From Candidatus Neptunichlamydia sp. (lineage in GTDB: Bacteria > Chlamydiota > Chlamydiia > Chlamydiales > Simkaniaceae): a stretch of 64,000 bases of DNA. The notes beneath the pieces were generated by a model, which worked only from the letters and a program-made list of their open reading frames with translations, was not told the origin of the DNA and searched no databases. The DNA lies in the NCBI GenBank assembly GCA_965233865.1, contig OZ247587.1:512001-576000 (forward strand), written 5' to 3'. Positions 29,538 to 40,124 of the stretch are shown one piece after another. Position numbers and translations under genes: made by a program. Positions within the stretch are counted from its first letter, which is position 1, and each line of letters begins with the position of its first letter.

Positions 29538-30161
29538 ATGATGAGAAAAATCTTAAGTACTATTCCTTTGTTTTTCTTGGTAGGAACACAGCTTGCTGCG
29601 TGGCAACCTCTACCTCCAGGAGCAGAACCTCCTGCCCCTATTGTCCTATTAAATACAGGAGAACATCTTCTCTGTGGAAAAAGTCGAGATGGAAAAATAG
29701 AATTGCAGGATGGAACACAATTTAAGGCTCTATCTATTGAGGCTATGAAGGTTTATGAAGAGTGGGATTACCACGATCATTTATCGATAACTAGAAACAC
29801 TATGCCTATGGGTGGATCTGAATACTATATAACAAACTTGGATAAAGGCGGCGAGTTTGTTCATGCAAACTTCCTCTCTGAACCCTATAAGGGTAGCCCC
29901 TATACTCAGTTTATCAACCATATTGATCCTTTTGATGGAGAGGTTTCTGTTTTTAACAATAATGGAAATGAATTCTGCTGGCAGATTGATGAAAAAGATC
30001 TCCTTCTTTTAGAAAAATGGGAGAAGAATGATAGAGTTCTCATAGGAAAAAATGACCTGTGGGTCGAGAGGCTGCGTTCTAACTGCGAGTTTGTGATGGT
30101 AAATGTCGACAAAAATTACCTTCCACATCTCCGAGTGTCACCAATTTCTAATAATCATTGA
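29538..30161 (+). CDS. exported hypothetical protein
   Basis: GGAG SD, signal peptide ending LAA; two similar W...D.V/L.I segments. Confidence 0.7.
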   Translation: MMRKILSTIPLFFLVGTQLAAWQPLPPGAEPPAPIVLLNTGEHLLCGKSRDGKIELQDGTQFKALSIEAMKVYEEWDYHDHLSITRNTMPMGGSEYYITNLDKGGEFVHANFLSEPYKGSPYTQFINHIDPFDGEVSVFNNNGNEFCWQIDEKDLLLLEKWEKNDRVLIGKNDLWVERLRSNCEFVMVNVDKNYLPHLRVSPISNNH

Positions 30162-30205
30162 CCTGAAGGGTCCCTCATTTTATCTTAAGGGTATGAGGCC
30201 TGTTT

Positions 30206-31270
30206 ATGAATCAAAATGATTTTTCGCTTTCAGCTCAAAGCTTTAAGTATTGGGAGATATTTCTCTCATGGCTCTTTAAATATGATTCTCGTTGCTATGC
30301 GCTTAAAGAAAAAACTCTTGTCTATGAAAATCCTTCAGAAGATTTGAGCCATTTTGGGCAGACCTATCGCGAAAAAATGGCTTCGAAAGGGATTATCTGT
30401 CGCGTAACTCCTCGATTTGAAGATATTAATAGAACTTCAGAAGTGTTGAAGATGATCTATGAAACGGTAGAAAGTCCTCAAATGTGTGAATGGGCGGCAT
30501 TCGAGGTTTTAGCTAAAGTTATGGCATATCGCAATCTTAAGATGGGGCATACGATCCCTCTACCTGTAATGGGAAAAAGCGGGTGTATCGAGATGGCAAC
30601 TTTTGTTGTTGACCGGGTGTTTGATCTGTGGAATAAAATTAAAGCCTTTGGATTTATCCGCATCGATTCAGAGAAGGGAGCGCCAATTCTCTTGTTCCGA
30701 GGGACAGATTTTTCCTTCATGACAGAGGGCGGTAGAGCTTCTATTATCAGTGATCTAGATCCAAAGGGCCCTGGGTATAGCATATTCGAAAAAGGGCAAA
30801 AACCTCTTCACGGTTGGCTCAAAAAAGGAGAACGCCCAGGACGCGTTATTGGACATAGTTTAGGGGGGGTCGTTGCTTCCTATACCCTGATTCACGAGGC
30901 AGAGCTTATTAGCCAAAATCCCTATGAATGCTCTTACGCTTTTAATTTCCCTGGGGTTTCTGAAAAGCTTGCTCAAGATTGGATGGCTCTTAAAACAAGA
31001 CCCAATTTTCAGGGGTTTGTATGTCGTGGAGACTTAGTTTCAAAACTGGGGAATCTTTTCGGAGATGTTTATGAAGTTTCACTGGAAGATCCTCTCTCTC
31101 CAATCAGAGCGCATGAGATGCTTTTCTTTGCAGAACCTAGAGGGTATCTCCATGAAGTGGATCTTCCTAAGGAGAATGCCTCATCATCGCGCCACTATTA
31201 CTCGAAGCTGCAAAAACAAACTTCTTCCGTGATATATGAATTTGGGTTAAAATTTCTATTTCCTAACTAA
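30206..31270 (+). CDS. class-3-lipase-like alpha/beta hydrolase
   Basis: LFRGTD, GHSLGG, FNFPG, GDLVS, H. Confidence 0.8.
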   Translation: MNQNDFSLSAQSFKYWEIFLSWLFKYDSRCYALKEKTLVYENPSEDLSHFGQTYREKMASKGIICRVTPRFEDINRTSEVLKMIYETVESPQMCEWAAFEVLAKVMAYRNLKMGHTIPLPVMGKSGCIEMATFVVDRVFDLWNKIKAFGFIRIDSEKGAPILLFRGTDFSFMTEGGRASIISDLDPKGPGYSIFEKGQKPLHGWLKKGERPGRVIGHSLGGVVASYTLIHEAELISQNPYECSYAFNFPGVSEKLAQDWMALKTRPNFQGFVCRGDLVSKLGNLFGDVYEVSLEDPLSPIRAHEMLFFAEPRGYLHEVDLPKENASSSRHYYSKLQKQTSSVIYEFGLKFLFPN

Positions 31271-31274
31271 CGGA

Positions 31275-31694
31275 GTGCGTGCAATGCTTGATATGGATCC
31301 AGCCTTAATAGAACCCCCTTATTTTAACGAAATGCAGATTAACGGAGACGTGAAGTCTATTGGCTCTCTTGTTCATATCTATGATGATATGTTTGCTGTT
31401 GTTTATCAGGAATATGAAACGGAAAAACAAGGTCAGAAAGTGAACGTAGAAAAACCAAAACTTTTTCTTTACACACGATCAACGTGTCCTTATTGTAAAA
31501 AGATCAGTGCTTACCTAGCCTCAGTGAATAAAGCAATTTCTTCACTAGATATTGGGGAAACCCCCGATGCTGCCAAGGATCTCATTAAAGTCGGTGGAAA
31601 AAAGCAGGTCCCTTGCTTAGTGATTAATGGAAAACCTCTCTACGAATCCAATGAAATCATCAAGTGGCTTAAAAACAACCCAAGTAAGTTTTAA
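31275..31694 (+). CDS. glutaredoxin-like protein with N-terminal extension
   Basis: CPYC, GGKKQVPCL, YES. Confidence 0.8.
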   Translation: MRAMLDMDPALIEPPYFNEMQINGDVKSIGSLVHIYDDMFAVVYQEYETEKQGQKVNVEKPKLFLYTRSTCPYCKKISAYLASVNKAISSLDIGETPDAAKDLIKVGGKKQVPCLVINGKPLYESNEIIKWLKNNPSKF

Positions 31695-31751
31695 AACAAC
31701 TAAATGGCTTGATATAAAAGAGAATAGGGAATAGGTGGAGCAGTAGGATAC

Positions 31752-32720
31752 CTATTCCCGATCCTCAAATAGCCATTGAAGGAGGACCGAATCCATCCAG
31801 TGGAATCCCCTTTTTTGGCCCGGAATGCCTAAAAAACCTAAATGCCCCCCATTTTCAGTGATAAGGATGTTAACGTTCTCTGGAATCTCTTTAAAATTAA
31901 CAACACTGCAGTCGACAATCGGGTCATCAAGGGCAAAAAGGATATGGCAATCAACAGCAATATTGTGAATGAGCCTTCCTGAGCTGCAAGCATGGTAATA
32001 ATCTCGAGCATTATCATGTCCTGACTGAGGAGCAATGTACAGGTCATTAAATTCTAATAACGTCATTTCGGTTGATATTCGGATAGGTGGCAAATGGTCA
32101 AAGGTGTCATGAAGACACGCAACTTCTTCTCTTAATATAGCCATAAAATAGCGCTCATAGAAGGTGTTTTGTGAGAGAAGCTCAATACTAGATTGCATAT
32201 CTACAGGCGGATTGATTGAGATTACTTTGTCAACAAGGGCTTTAGCTTCGTTGCCACGCTCTCCTACTGTCTTAAGTACGACATTTCCTCCAAGTGAGAA
32301 CCCCATTAGGGTGATGGGAGAATGAGGTGCATCTCTTTTGATTTCCTTCAACGTCTCCCAAATGTCGTCACTTGCTCCAGAATGATACAGTTTGCTCCCA
32401 TGACCACGTCCGCCTCCACATCCTCGGAGATTGACTCTAATGGCACGAATTTTTTCTTTGTAAAGCTTCTTTGCTATTCTCAGCATGTATGTGGACTTAG
32501 TTGATCCACAAAGACCGTGAACCATAACAACTGTAGGATCACTGTCTTTCCACCTTTTAGGTGTTGAGATTTCCATGGCGATCTTTTCCCCATCAGGAAG
32601 GTAGACAAAACGTTTTAAAGAGGGCAGCTTTCCTGATGCAAAAAGAAAAGATGCGGCAATTGTTTGAGCATGGCAACCTGTACAAAGCGGGAATGGCTTG
32701 AATACAGGCTGTTTTGACAT
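31752..32720 (-). CDS. YheT/ABHD-like hydrolase
   Basis: HAQT, HGLCG, NLRGC, GFSLGGN, DDP, GGHLGF. Confidence 0.9.
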   Translation of the reverse strand: MSKQPVFKPFPLCTGCHAQTIAASFLFASGKLPSLKRFVYLPDGEKIAMEISTPKRWKDSDPTVVMVHGLCGSTKSTYMLRIAKKLYKEKIRAIRVNLRGCGGGRGHGSKLYHSGASDDIWETLKEIKRDAPHSPITLMGFSLGGNVVLKTVGERGNEAKALVDKVISINPPVDMQSSIELLSQNTFYERYFMAILREEVACLHDTFDHLPPIRISTEMTLLEFNDLYIAPQSGHDNARDYYHACSSGRLIHNIAVDCHILFALDDPIVDCSVVNFKEIPENVNILITENGGHLGFLGIPGQKRGFHWMDSVLLQWLFEDRE

Positions 32721-32935
32721 GCGTTCCCCCCCAGAAATACATTACGCATAGTGGTAGCGCAAGGAGATTTACAACTCCTTAAAACCACCACTGAGCAGTT
32801 AAAATCAGCTACTATCTTTTGGTAATCAGACCATATGTGACATATTGGTCGGTCCCCTATATGTATTTTACAAACGACCAAATTTATTAATAAAGGGTTT
32901 TTGCAACTATTTTTCGGGTTCTTAGCATAAGAATG

Positions 32936-33436
32936 TTACGGAAGCGGAATCGAATAGAAACACACAAGGCACTCAGTCCCAGGGTTTTTAAATCCTATGC
33001 TAGCATTTGACATGTGATAGAACATTGCTCCAAAGCGAGATTCGTTCTTGAAGCGATAGGAAAGCTCTGCTGAAGAGCGAAACTCTAGAGGGAACCCCAG
33101 TTCCATTTCTCCCCCCTTTATGTAGATACCAGGGGCAAAGCTTGGGGTAAATACAAGATGAGGAAACAAAAAAACATCGAAAGCAATTCCTGCATAGAGA
33201 TATGCAGATCCTTTTGCCGTTGCCATAGCTCCTATTAGGGGCCGGAAAAAGAGCATCGAATTGCGATAAAAAGCGTAGTCAAAGCGATACTCTACTTGAA
33301 AGTTCACACTTTTTTGATTTCGAACGATATTAAACACCCCGATGCCCATGTTAAGGAGCTTGGAGTCTTTAATTGAAGGTTTGTCAACAGCAATTAAAAT
33401 AAGAGGAAGAAGTAGTAATAGGAGGAGTCTTTTCAC
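32936..33436 (-). CDS. PagL-like lipid A deacylase / acyloxyacyl hydrolase beta-barrel
   Basis: Signal peptide; LEFRSSAEL, HMSNA...NPG. Confidence 0.82.
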   Translation of the reverse strand: MKRLLLLLLLPLILIAVDKPSIKDSKLLNMGIGVFNIVRNQKSVNFQVEYRFDYAFYRNSMLFFRPLIGAMATAKGSAYLYAGIAFDVFLFPHLVFTPSFAPGIYIKGGEMELGFPLEFRSSAELSYRFKNESRFGAMFYHMSNASIGFKNPGTECLVCFYSIPLP

Positions 33437-33722
33437 GATAATGCCTCAACAATTTCTTTTCCAAAGAAGGACTATCTTGCCAGATTGCCCCAGCCTTTTC
33501 AAGGTTATCTTTAATTGTTGTTGTTCCTTTTATTTCTTTATTATTTTCACTTTTGAAAGTTATTATTATAATCACTTATCCATAAAAAATGAGCTAATAG
33601 TAATTTTTTGTTTCCAGAAATCATTCTCTATTTAAACTTAAAATGATGTAAAATCTTATTTTGATCCTATTTTTCTATCAAAAATTTCGCTTGAAAAGAG
33701 ATATTTTGGTATCATCCGACCC

Positions 33723-34502
33723 ATGACAGCACTACTTGATAGAATTTCATTAGAATTCCCAGACAGCTCAAGGTCCACTCTTCGGAAGTGGCTAAAGAGC
33801 GGACGCATCCTAGTCGATGGCAAAAAGGTAAAGGAACCTCATGCTACCATTAAGGAAGGAGCGCAGATCTCTTTAAAAGAAAAACAAAAATTTCTAGACT
33901 TAGATGTCGAAGTCTTATATGAGGATCGAGATCTTGTTGTTGTAAATAAGCCTGAGGGAGTGCTCAGCGTTGCCACAGTATTCCAAACCGAAGATACTGT
34001 TCATGGTGTTCTCAAAAGAGCGTATCCTCGTGCTTTTCCAGTCCACCGCCTTGATAGAGAAACTTCAGGCGTGATGGTAGTGGCCCTAACAGAAGAAGCT
34101 CGAGAGGGGCTAAAGGAACAATTCCATTCTCACTCTATCGAAAGGAAGTATGTTGCAATTGTTCGAGGAAAGCTCGAAGGGTCTGGAACGTGGCAATGTC
34201 GCCTTCTTGAGGATCAGAATTACTTTGTTCGTCCTCACCCAAAAGGTGCGGTTGCCATTACTCACTACAGGGTCCTCAACACTCGAGGAAAAACATCTGC
34301 TGTAGAGTATACCCTAGAAACAGGTAAGAAGAATCAAATTCGAGCACAATCTCTAGCTGCTGGCTATCCAATCCTTGGTGATCAAAAGTATGGCGATACG
34401 GCAAATGGACGTCTCCACCTTCACGCTGCACACTTGGCATTTACTCATCCTGTTACAGGGAAAGAAATGTCGTTTCAAGCTCCCCCCATGTTTGAAGTTT
34501 AA
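33723..34502 (+). CDS. RluA/RluD-family pseudouridine synthase
   Basis: S4-like N-terminus, VNKPEG, HRLDRETSG, TGKKNQIR, LHLHA. Confidence 0.94.
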   Translation: MTALLDRISLEFPDSSRSTLRKWLKSGRILVDGKKVKEPHATIKEGAQISLKEKQKFLDLDVEVLYEDRDLVVVNKPEGVLSVATVFQTEDTVHGVLKRAYPRAFPVHRLDRETSGVMVVALTEEAREGLKEQFHSHSIERKYVAIVRGKLEGSGTWQCRLLEDQNYFVRPHPKGAVAITHYRVLNTRGKTSAVEYTLETGKKNQIRAQSLAAGYPILGDQKYGDTANGRLHLHAAHLAFTHPVTGKEMSFQAPPMFEV

Positions 34503-34526
34503 AAAACTATCAGCGATAAGAAATCT

Positions 34527-34934
34527 ATGAAGCGTTTATATCGAGACAGGTGGGATAAAAAGGTTGCAGGAGTCTGCGGAGGCCTGGGGCAGGTTTTAAG
34601 CCTTGACCCAACAGTTGTTCGACTATTGTTGGTCGTCATTTGTATTTTTACGGGAATTCTTCCCCTCATCGTCCTATATATTATTGCCTGGATGCTTATT
34701 CCCCTTGGACCTCCTACATATATTCAATTTGAATGTAAACGCCTCTATCGCTCCATTCGTGACCGAAAAATCGGTGGGATCTGCGGAGGAATCGCAGAAA
34801 GTTTAAAAATTGATGCGACGATCGTTCGAATTGTCATGCTTTTTGCAATGCTCCTAACTTGGTTCTTTCCCCTTCTTATTGTCTATATTATTGGGACAGT
34901 AATTATTCCAGAGAAACCCGAAGAACAAACCTAG
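34527..34934 (+). CDS. tandem PspC-domain membrane protein
   Basis: Two KRLYR..DK/RK.xG.CGG repeats, each followed by a TM. Confidence 0.9.
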   Translation: MKRLYRDRWDKKVAGVCGGLGQVLSLDPTVVRLLLVVICIFTGILPLIVLYIIAWMLIPLGPPTYIQFECKRLYRSIRDRKIGGICGGIAESLKIDATIVRIVMLFAMLLTWFFPLLIVYIIGTVIIPEKPEEQT

Positions 34935-35074
34935 TGCTAGGTTTAACAGTAATCATGGCTACTCCTGATTTTTTTTGTCCTGTACTAAGAAAATTTTTAC
35001 ATGTTATAGTGGTTTAAACTTAAGCGACTATAAAATATTTTTCCTTATTTGTATTAACTTTATGCGTGTTTAAA

Positions 35075-36964
35075 ATGGAAAAAAAAACCTGTGGATCTTG
35101 GAAGTCTCCTATCACTTCATCGATGATTCTAGAGTCTGCGATTAAACTTGGTGAGGTTGTCATTGATGGAAACGATTTATACTGGAGCGAGTCTCGCCCT
35201 GAAGAGAAGGGACGCTCTGTAATTGTAAAAGGTGGGAAGGATATTCTTCCTGAACCTTATAATGCACGAACACGCGTTCATGAATATGGAGGGGGGGCCT
35301 TTACGGTTTCAAATGGAGATCTCTATTTCTCCAATTTTAAAGATCAGGGTTTTTACAAGCGCGATCAAAAAGGGAAGGTCAAAAAGGTTTGTGGTGGAGA
35401 GGGAATGCGTTATGCAAATCCCCTTTGTGATCACTCTAAAAATGTGATCTATGCCATCCAAGAAGAGCATCGCTCTGAACATGACGTTGTCAACTCTCTA
35501 GTAAGGATTGGAGATAAGGTTGAAGTCATCCATAGAGGACATGACTTCTACTCTATGCCTGCCCTGCATCCTAAAGGAACCCACCTTGCTTTTATCACCT
35601 GGGACCACCCAAATATGCCTTGGGATGGTTCGACACTGTGGGTAGGAGAGCTTACTGAAGAAGGCTCTCTTAAGAATGTAAAGGCCTTTGCAGGAGGAGA
35701 AAGTGAGTCCATCTTTCAACCAGCTTGGAGCCTTGATGGTATTTTGCACTTTGTCTCGGATCGCTCCGGATGGTGGAATCTTTATCGAATGGGCACAGAT
35801 GGAGTTGAAGCTCTCTGTCCGATGGAGGCAGAGTTTGGCCAGCCTATTTGGGTCTTTAAAATGTCTAATTATGGGTTTCTACAAGACGGGAGAATTGCAT
35901 GTGTCTATACTGTTTCGGGGACTGATTACCTAGGGATTTTAGATCCTGATAAAAAGTCTCTTGAGAAAATCGATCTCCCTTTCACAAGTTATTCAGCTTT
36001 TACTGTTGCAGGAAAGTATCTATATTTTACGGGGGCTTCCCCTGACGAAATGTGTACATTGATCCGTTATGATGTGGTCTCTAATAACATAGAGCGAATC
36101 CGAAAATCAAAGGATCTAACTATCAATTCTGGATATCTTTCTGTCCCTGAAACATTAGAATTTCCAACTGAAGGTGGGAAAACCTCTTACGCTTTTTACT
36201 ATCCTCCAAAGAATAAGGACTATAAAGAAACAAATCTTCCCCCTCTAATTGTCAAAAGTCATGGAGGTCCTACCGCACGCGTTTCAGCGAGCTTGAATTT
36301 AGAGATTCAGTTTTGGACCTCAAGAGGCATTGCTGTCTTGGATGTTAACTATGGAGGAAGTACTGGCTACGGCCGTGCGTACCGAGAGCGCCTTAAAGGT
36401 AGATGGGGAATTGTTGATGTTGATGATTGCTGCAATGGGGCCCTTTTCCTTGCTAAGGAGAGACGTGTTGATAAAAAGCGCATGGCGATTAAAGGAGGAA
36501 GCGCAGGAGGTTACACGACTTTAGCGGCTTTGACCTTTCGGGATATTTTTAAGGCTGGAGCAAGCTACTATGGGGTGAGTGATTTAGAAACTCTTGCAAC
36601 CGATACCCATAAGTTTGAATCAAAATACCTCGATAAACTGATTGGTCCCTATCCACAGGAAAAAAAACGCTATATTGAGTTGAGTCCTATTCACCATACT
36701 GAAAAATTATCCTGTCCGGTGATCCTATTGCAGGGGGCTGAGGATAAAGTTGTCCCTCCCGCCCAAGCTGAAATGATGTTCAATGCTTTAAATAAGAAAG
36801 GCATTCCTGTAACTTATCTTTTATTTGAAGGAGAGCAGCACGGTTTCCGTGTATCTAAAAACATTATGCGCGCCTTCGATGCTGAGCTTTACTTCTACGG
36901 TAAGATCTTCGGCTTTATCCCCGCTGACACCCTTGAACCCTTAACCATCCACAATTATCCATGA
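35075..36964 (+). CDS. S9-family peptidase
   Basis: GSWKSPI, RVHEYGGG, HGGPT, GGSAGG, DKVVP, HGFR. Confidence 0.93.
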   Translation: MEKKTCGSWKSPITSSMILESAIKLGEVVIDGNDLYWSESRPEEKGRSVIVKGGKDILPEPYNARTRVHEYGGGAFTVSNGDLYFSNFKDQGFYKRDQKGKVKKVCGGEGMRYANPLCDHSKNVIYAIQEEHRSEHDVVNSLVRIGDKVEVIHRGHDFYSMPALHPKGTHLAFITWDHPNMPWDGSTLWVGELTEEGSLKNVKAFAGGESESIFQPAWSLDGILHFVSDRSGWWNLYRMGTDGVEALCPMEAEFGQPIWVFKMSNYGFLQDGRIACVYTVSGTDYLGILDPDKKSLEKIDLPFTSYSAFTVAGKYLYFTGASPDEMCTLIRYDVVSNNIERIRKSKDLTINSGYLSVPETLEFPTEGGKTSYAFYYPPKNKDYKETNLPPLIVKSHGGPTARVSASLNLEIQFWTSRGIAVLDVNYGGSTGYGRAYRERLKGRWGIVDVDDCCNGALFLAKERRVDKKRMAIKGGSAGGYTTLAALTFRDIFKAGASYYGVSDLETLATDTHKFESKYLDKLIGPYPQEKKRYIELSPIHHTEKLSCPVILLQGAEDKVVPPAQAEMMFNALNKKGIPVTYLLFEGEQHGFRVSKNIMRAFDAELYFYGKIFGFIPADTLEPLTIHNYP

Positions 36965-37251
36965 GATAATTTATATTTCTTCTAGCCTTTCTAGCTTTTT
37001 CTTTTTTTCTTCTTGCTACTCAAGAGGCAGATCAGGGATCTCAAATAACTTCTCTATTTCTAGCTCTGGGGCACTAGGTTAATTTTACTTAAAGACAAGA
37101 ATTCTCTATCAATCTAAAAATAAATAATTTATGAATTTTTACTTCTTCATTTTTAGCCATTTCTTACCAAAGCAATACAAAAAATTCTATTTTCTATCTC
37201 TCAAACTTGTTAAGATCTAAACTTCTTTAACCATTAACGTTCATAAAAAGA

Positions 37252-38946
37252 ATGAAACATAAGATATTCACTTCTCTTTTTCTTCTCTCTCAACTTGGTG
37301 CTCCCTTAGCTGGTGAAGGAGTTCTTCATTTTGATACGACACCCCCAGAAAGTGAAGAAAAATCCTTGACTGTCAATTTTCAGGATGTTTCTATGTTGGA
37401 ATTTCTCCGGTTTGTAAGCTCTGTTGCAGAAAGAAACTTTATTTATGATGAGAAGATCCTAGACTTTAACATTAGCCTAGCCACGGGGAAGCCGACTGAT
37501 CCCGAAAACATTTTAAAAATCATGGTTGAGCTCCTCGAAAAACAAGGGATTCGTACAGAAAAACGCGGCGATTACTACCTTGTCGAGAAAATGGAAGAAT
37601 GGGAACTGGAAGAACAGAAATCATTGAAGCTTGCGAAAATACGCAGCCAAAGGGATGGAAAGGAAGAATTTCATTTGGTCAGTGACAAATCAGGAAACCA
37701 TTTTATTACTCCTCATGAACATGAAAAGAAGGGGGAATTTCATATCTATAAACTACAATACCATGTAGGAAATGAAATTCTCACAGCGATCAAAAGTGTC
37801 GCTATTAGTATGAAAGCAAGCCCCAGTGCATCACAAGAGCTAGTCCAAACAATTGGATCGATGCAGTGGGTAGAATCTACGAATTCTATCCTCTATTCTG
37901 GAACAGAAGAGGGTATCGAAGAGCTCACATTTCTTATTTCGAGTTTAGATGTTCCAAAAAAACAAGTCTTTATCGAGGTTCTCGTGATCGAAACTGACGT
38001 GAAGAAAGGGCTGGAGTTTGGACTCGAATGGGGAGCAGGTGGGCAATATCGTAACAAATTTGGGTATGGACTTGGTAATTTCCCGGCCGCTCCGAAACAG
38101 GCACCTTTTGCAAACACTTTGCAACAGATAAATGCATCGAATACCCCCACAGGAACTGATCAGTTCCCACTGGGGCGCGGGTTTGATCTCGGAGTGCTCG
38201 GGGATATTATCCTCCATAAAGGACAGTCGTACTTTTCACTAGGCTCCCTTGTCTCGGCGCTTGAGGCTGATAGAGACAGTACAATCATCTTGAATCAGAA
38301 AATTATTACTCAGGACAACAAACTTTCCCGCATATTCGTGGGAGATAACATTGCCTTCACGGGATCTGTCATTGAAACTGTGGGAGCAAGCCAACAAACC
38401 TCTGCGAATATTGAATACCGCGATGTTGGAGTAAAACTTAATATCACTCCCCTTTTGGGTGATGAAGATGTGATTACATTAGAAATTTCAGAAGAAATTA
38501 CCAATGTCATTCCTAACCACAATATTGTTGGTGACTCCGTTAATGGAATTAACACAACCAAAACCGATATGGCAACGCAAGTTCACGTCCCTGATCAAAG
38601 TTTTCTCGTGTTAAGTGGCATGATCCGTAACACAAAGAGGGAGAGAAAATCAGGAATCCCCTGTATGGGAGGCCTTCCTCTCGTCGGTGCAGCCTTTAGT
38701 AAAACAACGACTGATGATGAAAAGCGTAATGTGATTGTCTTTGTCCGTCCTCAGATTATTCACTCCGGACAAGAGCATCGAAATGTAACAGCCTACCAAG
38801 AAAACCAGTTCAAAGATCAATCAGCAAATCCTTCCGATTTTCAGATGGGAATCGACATGCTGAAAAAAGAAGACGAAACATATGGAACCAATCAACAACC
38901 TCCTAAACTCGGAATCACAGCAGACTCAGCAAGTAGTCGATCGTGA
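37252..38946 (+). CDS. secretin (CdsC/SctC-like)
   Basis: Signal peptide, VNFQDVS, QVFIEVLVIE, GDIILHKGQSYFSLGSL, EYRDVG, GIPCMGGLPLVG. Confidence 0.9.
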   Translation: MKHKIFTSLFLLSQLGAPLAGEGVLHFDTTPPESEEKSLTVNFQDVSMLEFLRFVSSVAERNFIYDEKILDFNISLATGKPTDPENILKIMVELLEKQGIRTEKRGDYYLVEKMEEWELEEQKSLKLAKIRSQRDGKEEFHLVSDKSGNHFITPHEHEKKGEFHIYKLQYHVGNEILTAIKSVAISMKASPSASQELVQTIGSMQWVESTNSILYSGTEEGIEELTFLISSLDVPKKQVFIEVLVIETDVKKGLEFGLEWGAGGQYRNKFGYGLGNFPAAPKQAPFANTLQQINASNTPTGTDQFPLGRGFDLGVLGDIILHKGQSYFSLGSLVSALEADRDSTIILNQKIITQDNKLSRIFVGDNIAFTGSVIETVGASQQTSANIEYRDVGVKLNITPLLGDEDVITLEISEEITNVIPNHNIVGDSVNGINTTKTDMATQVHVPDQSFLVLSGMIRNTKRERKSGIPCMGGLPLVGAAFSKTTTDDEKRNVIVFVRPQIIHSGQEHRNVTAYQENQFKDQSANPSDFQMGIDMLKKEDETYGTNQQPPKLGITADSASSRS

Positions 38947-39100
38947 CCCCGCTCCTTGGAAAACCTTTATCTCTCAGTTTTCTGAAGTTCAGCAAAAAGT
39001 CTTTCTAAGAAATATGACTCAACATTTCTCTCAAATGATTACCCGCGATTTAAGAAAAATGAAGGAAACCCTCCGCAAAATGCGAGAAGATAATCGTTAA
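38882..39100 (+). CDS. small helical hypothetical protein
   Basis: 72 aa, amphipathic C-terminal helix, overlaps secretin 3' end. Confidence 0.55.
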   Translation: MEPINNLLNSESQQTQQVVDRDPAPWKTFISQFSEVQQKVFLRNMTQHFSQMITRDLRKMKETLRKMREDNR

Positions 39101-39289
39101 ACGATTGCGTGACCTTCTATATTTTTCTCTTTGTTTGCTAATCCCAGTAGAGTTAGTCAGAAGAAACCCTTCGGACTAGTTAAAATCTATAAATAAAGTG
39201 AGACAGTTGGAAGATATTCTGCGCTGTCGGTGCTTTGATTCAAGGAGTTTCCAAAAGCATGAACAACAGGGCGTGCAAAAAGGGGACTG

Positions 39290-40036
39290 TCATATACCTG
39301 GCCCGATTGGAAGAAGGTGACTCACAAATTGTTGGTAAATAAAGGATCCAATGCCGGCGCCAAAAAGAGGGCCAACAATAGGCACCCATGCATAATCCCA
39401 ATCAGAATCCCCTTTTCCTTGAATCGGAAAAAGTGCATGAACGATTCGTGGTCCCAGATCGCGAGCAGGATTAATCGCATATCCTGTCGGGCCACCAAGG
39501 GAAAGGCCAATACTGAAGACAAGCAATCCAACGGCAAAAGGTCCTACGCCACTTCCGATTCCATTATGGGTATTGAAAATGCCAAGAACACCAATCAAGA
39601 GCACCGCTGTTGCAATAACTTCGGTAATAAAGTTCCATGATTTATGACGAATTGCAGGCTGCGTACAAAAGATTAGGAGTTTATGGGTTTTGTTATCGCT
39701 TTTGCCAAAGTGCAAATAATACGATGCCCAAACAAGAACTGCCCCAATGAAAGCTCCAATAAGCTGAGCAATAATATAGGTGGGAACAAGATTCCACCCC
39801 GTCTTTCCAGCAACGGCAAGGCCAAAAGTGACTGCTGGATTAATGTGTCCACCACTCGCCCATCCAATCGTATATACTGCTATCGAAACAGCAAAACCCC
39901 AACTGGTACTGATAACAATCCATCCTCCTTTTTCCCCCTTGGAGTGCTTTAATAATACGTTTGCTACAGATCCATCTCCTAGTAAAACAAGAAGGAGCGT
40001 TCCAATCAACTCTCCCCAAAAAACACTCATTTCCAT
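39290..40036 (-). CDS. glpF: aquaglyceroporin
   Basis: HINPAV and AINPARDLGPR motifs. Confidence 0.95.
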   Translation of the reverse strand: MEMSVFWGELIGTLLLVLLGDGSVANVLLKHSKGEKGGWIVISTSWGFAVSIAVYTIGWASGGHINPAVTFGLAVAGKTGWNLVPTYIIAQLIGAFIGAVLVWASYYLHFGKSDNKTHKLLIFCTQPAIRHKSWNFITEVIATAVLLIGVLGIFNTHNGIGSGVGPFAVGLLVFSIGLSLGGPTGYAINPARDLGPRIVHALFPIQGKGDSDWDYAWVPIVGPLFGAGIGSFIYQQFVSHLLPIGPGI

Positions 40037-40124
40037 GAACCTATCCCTCTAGCATAAATGTCATAATAAAAATTTTTATTGACATATAGCACATCGAAAT
40101 GAAGAGTACAAGTTAGGGATGATT

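Noticed and set aside
36970..37080. Minus-strand coding-like fragment PSAPELEIEKLFEIPDLPLE*QEEKKKKLERLEEI
   Set aside because: No start and an internal stop; probably a gene remnant but unassignable
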